Shown one piece after another: positions 60,538 through 64,000 of a stretch of 64,000 nucleotides of DNA. The notes under the pieces are model-generated. The model did no database searches. It had not been told where the DNA came from and saw only the letters and a program-made list of their open reading frames with translations. The position numbers and the translations under genes are program-made. Source of the DNA: an uncultured SAR116 cluster alpha proteobacterium (GTDB taxonomy: Bacteria > Pseudomonadota > Alphaproteobacteria > Puniceispirillales > Marisalimonadaceae). The stretch is from contig CACBVW010000004.1 of the NCBI GenBank assembly GCA_902542765.1, positions 351 to 64,350 on the forward strand, written 5' to 3'. Numbering within the stretch: position 1 is the stretch's first letter; every line of letters starts with the position of its first letter.

Positions 60538-62655
60538 CTAATCTTTACCTCTTTGTACACTTTCCACAAATTGAGACAACCTTATTGCTGCGATTATTTG
60601 ATTTAAATGACTTAAGTTTCTAACTTCTAAATCAATATTAAACTTATAAAAATCTAAATCTCTGGAAACTACTTGAATGTTTGATATATTTCCCTCATTT
60701 AAACTTATTATTTTAGTAATGTCTGCTAGACTTCCAGGCTCATTTGACAAAACTGTTACTAGATTACCCTTGTGAAAAGATTCACCTTCTCTGTCCCACG
60801 AAATTTCAAGCCAAACCTCAGGCATATCTATAAATTTTTCTAGTGCAAAACAATCTAAAGCATGAACTGTAATCCCTTTCCCAGTAGTTACAATTCCAAC
60901 AATTCTTTCACCCGGAAGAGGATGACAACAATGTGCATAATGTGTAGCCATCCCAGAAATTAAACCCTTAATCTTCATAGTTTCTTGTAAATGAGGTTTT
61001 TTCAATTTTGGCAATTTATTTTTTAAATTTTCTTTTTCTGGATATAAAAAATTTAACACATCCCTGGATTTTATATTTCCTTTTCCTATTTCAATAAGTA
61101 ATTCTTCTAAGTCAGAAAGATCAAAAGCATTAATTACTTTAATTAAGCTTTTTTCGTGCATTCTTTTATTTTGTTGTCTATATTCTCTTTGTAATAATGC
61201 AGTTCCTAATTGTAAAAATTCTTTTATCTCTCTATTTCTTATGAATCTTTTGATTGCTGATTTAGCCTTTCCAGTAATACATATTTCTATCCATTTTGGA
61301 TCTGGAAACCCACTTTTAGAGGTTAAAATTTCTACTTGATCACCATTTTTAATTTCTGTTGTCATCAATCTATTCTTATTATTTATTTTTGCACCCACTG
61401 CAGAATTACCAATTTCAGAATGAACAGCGTATGAGAAGTCAATTGCATTTGCTCCTTTGGGTAAAATTATTAAATTCCCCTTAGGTGTAAAACAAAAAAT
61501 TTGGTCATTATACATTTCTAATTTTGTATTTTCTAATAATTCTTCAGGCCCATTACTCTCTTCAACAATTTGAATTAATTCTCTAACCCACTTATATTTC
61601 ACGCCCTCAGACCATTTTTTTCCCTCTTTATAAATCCAGTGTGCAGCAACTCCATTAAGTGCAAATTCATTCATAATTGAAGTTCTTATTTGTACTTCTA
61701 TTCTTGTTTTCTTGGGGCCAATTAAGCTTGAATGAAGTGATTGATATCCATTTCTTTTTGGAGCAGAAATATAATCCTTAAAACGCCCCATTATTGCAGT
61801 ATATTCTTGATGCAATAATCCCAGACTTTTATAACAGCTAGGTACATCATCAACAATAACTCTGAATGCCATTATATCAGAAAGTTGGTCCATGCTTAAA
61901 TTTTTATATTGCATTTTTTTCCAAATCGAATAACTACTTTTAATTCTGCCAGTTACCAGACATTTGATATCATTTTTTTTTAAAAGGGTTTCAATTTCAT
62001 TAGTAATGTATGGTATATTCAATTCATCTTGAGAATAAATTAACTTTAGACGCTTTAATATTGAATCACGAGTTTCTGGTTTCAAAACAGCAAAACATCT
62101 GTCTTCTAATTCTCTCTGTATAGCATTAATTCCTAAACGTTCAGCTAGTGGAGCAAAAATTTCTAGGGTTTCATAACAAATTTTAGACTTTTTTGTATCG
62201 TTTTTAATGCCATCAATTGTTCTAATATTATGCAATCTATCAGCTAATTTTACCAATAAGACCCTTATGTCATCAGAAGATGCTAACAAAAGCTTTCGAA
62301 AATTTTCTGCTTGAGCAAATCCAAATTTTAAATCTAACTTTGATAGTTTAGTAACTCCATCAACAAGCTTTGAAATTTCAGATCCAAATTCATCTTGAAT
62401 ATTTTTTAAAGTAAATTCGCTATCTTCAACTACATCATGAAGAAGAGCTGTAATAATTGTAGAGGAGTCTAATCGCATATTAACTAAATAATCAGCTACA
62501 GCTAAAGGATGAGTGAAATAAGCTTCACCACTGCCTCGAAATTGATTAGAATGTGCTTTTTTTGATAAATTATATGCCTTCTCGATCGCTCTTTTTGAAA
62601 CAAAGTTATCATATTTAGATATTTTATTATAAAGTTGCGATGCTGTTATGGTCAT
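60538..62655 (-). CDS. spoT: bifunctional (p)ppGpp synthetase/hydrolase (Rel/SpoT)
   Basis: LLHD.VED, KLADRLHN, RFKDYI..PK.NGYQSLH, TGS, CCHPLPG, ACT. Confidence 0.97.
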   Translation of the reverse strand: MTITASQLYNKISKYDNFVSKRAIEKAYNLSKKAHSNQFRGSGEAYFTHPLAVADYLVNMRLDSSTIITALLHDVVEDSEFTLKNIQDEFGSEISKLVDGVTKLSKLDLKFGFAQAENFRKLLLASSDDIRVLLVKLADRLHNIRTIDGIKNDTKKSKICYETLEIFAPLAERLGINAIQRELEDRCFAVLKPETRDSILKRLKLIYSQDELNIPYITNEIETLLKKNDIKCLVTGRIKSSYSIWKKMQYKNLSMDQLSDIMAFRVIVDDVPSCYKSLGLLHQEYTAIMGRFKDYISAPKRNGYQSLHSSLIGPKKTRIEVQIRTSIMNEFALNGVAAHWIYKEGKKWSEGVKYKWVRELIQIVEESNGPEELLENTKLEMYNDQIFCFTPKGNLIILPKGANAIDFSYAVHSEIGNSAVGAKINNKNRLMTTEIKNGDQVEILTSKSGFPDPKWIEICITGKAKSAIKRFIRNREIKEFLQLGTALLQREYRQQNKRMHEKSLIKVINAFDLSDLEELLIEIGKGNIKSRDVLNFLYPEKENLKNKLPKLKKPHLQETMKIKGLISGMATHYAHCCHPLPGERIVGIVTTGKGITVHALDCFALEKFIDMPEVWLEISWDREGESFHKGNLVTVLSNEPGSLADITKIISLNEGNISNIQVVSRDLDFYKFNIDLEVRNLSHLNQIIAAIRLSQFVESVQRGKD

Positions 62656-62717
62656 CTAATAATAATATATTATAAAAGCTTACTAATCTAGATTAAATAA
62701 GTACCGAATTTAAATTT

Positions 62718-63122
62718 TTAATCTTCGTTTTTAATCATTTCTTCAGAGATATCTTCAAAAGAGCCTTCATCTTCTTGAATGGTTTTATTAATAACAAAAT
62801 CATTATTAATATTATTTTCTGAATTTGATTCATTTAAATAAGCAGCGAATTCATCTTCTAGTGATGCTTCTTCTTCAATTTCATTATCTTCTTTATTTAA
62901 ATTTTTTTGCATAGAACGTATAAATCTTTCTTGCAAACTTTCTGCATCAACTGCTTCAGAAGCAATTTCACGTAATGAAACAACTGGGTTTTTGTCATTG
63001 TCTCTATCAACTTCTATTGCAATACCATTTGAAATTTCTCTAGAGCGTTGTGCTGCGGCTATAACAAGATCAAATCTATTAGGTATTTTTTTTATACAAT
63101 CTTCAACAGTTACACGTGCCAT
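62718..63122 (-). CDS. rpoZ: RNA polymerase omega subunit
   Basis: [24 protein letters not shown]; acidic tail. Confidence 0.97.
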   Translation of the reverse strand: MARVTVEDCIKKIPNRFDLVIAAAQRSREISNGIAIEVDRDNDKNPVVSLREIASEAVDAESLQERFIRSMQKNLNKEDNEIEEEASLEDEFAAYLNESNSENNINNDFVINKTIQEDEGSFEDISEEMIKNED

Positions 63123-63176
63123 ATTAAAATATCTCCATAATTTTAGTGAAGTATTTAATTAATATATAATAAAAAA

Positions 63177-63695
63177 TCAAACTAAAATTTCTTTTTCATT
63201 AAAAATTTTAATATTTTGATTATGTAAATTTTTTAAAATTTTATTAATGTTTATTTTTAAAATTGGATGTACCCAAGTTTTGTCTAATTCGGCTAGTGGT
63301 TCCATTACAAACCTTCTTTGATGAGCTCTTGGATGAGGAATAACAATTTCTTTACTTATTAATATTTTATTTGAATAATCAATAAGATCTAAATCGATAA
63401 TCCTAGCCTCATTTAGTATCCTTCTTTTTCTTCCAAGGTTATGTTCTATTTCATGTAATGACTTTAAAACATCTAACTCATTTAAGTTTGTGTTTGCAAG
63501 AACAACACAATTAAAAAAATTTGGCTGATCACTTTTGGGAATTGGCTCAGTTTCATACCAGCTTGACTGATTAGTAACATTAATTGAATAATCTTTAAAA
63601 TAGCTAATTGCCTTCATTGCAACCTTAATTGGATGAACTCCTTCCTCTGACTTTATATTACCACCAATACCAATTATTATTTTTTTATTTTGCAT
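63177..63695 (-). CDS. folK: 6-hydroxymethyl-7,8-dihydropterin pyrophosphokinase
   Basis: G.G.N, SS.YET.P, Q..F.N, R.IDLD, PHPR...R.FV..PL. Confidence 0.95.
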   Translation of the reverse strand: MQNKKIIIGIGGNIKSEEGVHPIKVAMKAISYFKDYSINVTNQSSWYETEPIPKSDQPNFFNCVVLANTNLNELDVLKSLHEIEHNLGRKRRILNEARIIDLDLIDYSNKILISKEIVIPHPRAHQRRFVMEPLAELDKTWVHPILKININKILKNLHNQNIKIFNEKEILV

Positions 63696-63733
63696 AAATT
63701 GATATAGAACTTAAGTATTTAAAAAAACAAGGT

Positions 63734-64000
63734 TTAATTATTATTTTTTAAAATTCTCTGTTTTTCTCTATTCCAATCTCGTTTTTTAATTTCCTCTCTT
63801 TTATCAACTTTCTTTTTACCCTCTGCAATTCCTAAAGATATTTTAGCCAAACCTTTACTATTGAAATATAAACTTAAAGGCACAACCGTACATCCATCTT
63901 TCTTTATTTGACCTAAAATTTTATCTCTTTCTTTTTTATGTACTAAGAGACGTCTTACTCTTTTAGGATCATGATTTTGACCAGATGCTGCTAAATTATA
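63734..64000 (-). CDS. smpB: SsrA-binding protein SmpB, 5' part outside the window
   Basis: Not in the ORF track; minus-strand translation [54 protein letters not shown], stop at 63736-63734. Confidence 0.95.
   Translation of the reverse strand, partial: YNLAASGQNHDPKRVRRLLVHKKERDKILGQIKKDGCTVVPLSLYFNSKGLAKISLGIAEGKKKVDKREEIKKRDWNREKQRILKNNN

Noticed and set aside
1-64000. CRISPR array, prophage, IS element, rRNA, CtrA boxes
   Set aside because: No regularly spaced repeats, integrase/transposase/phage genes or rRNA-like segment seen; TTAA-N7-TTAA matches are uninformative at this AT content

Overview
Strongly AT-rich, tightly packed chromosome segment of a streamlined alphaproteobacterium (inferred from gene order, the GAAC-N7-GAAC LexA box, lpxI and Mg-type HemB; probably marine given nqrM/apbE and the TRAP system). 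From about 12.5 to 64 kb it is mostly conserved core: recJ, hom, rplM-rpsI, trpDC-moaC-moeA-lexA-gltX-gltA, the rpsB-tsf-pyrH-frr-uppS-cdsA-dxr-rseP-bamA-skp-lpxD-fabZ-lpxA-lpxI-lpxB cluster, proS-lolC/E-lolD-dnaE, hemB, and smpB-folK-rpoZ-spoT-pdxJ-acpS-lepB-rnc-era-recO-parC. Two accessory blocks stand out. (i) 1-12.4 kb, downstream of tRNA-Glu: apbE-nqrM, three DMT transporters, a three-subunit molybdenum hydroxylase with a non-CODH active-site loop, a frameshifted dehydrogenase remnant, a Pif1-like helicase, an acyl-CoA ligase/hydrolase pair and a COG4337-like (iota-class) carbonic anhydrase. (ii) 47-53.3 kb: a TakP-type TRAP transporter with greatly enlarged membrane subunits, directly followed by an HpxW-like oxamate amidohydrolase; this is the best candidate for an undescribed system. 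Two unrelated genes also appear to initiate at ATA/ATT behind nearly identical GGAGTTTT-y-AA(A)ATAATT sequences. No CRISPR array, rRNA, integrase or transposase was seen. All family calls rest on motif recognition by eye, not on database searches.
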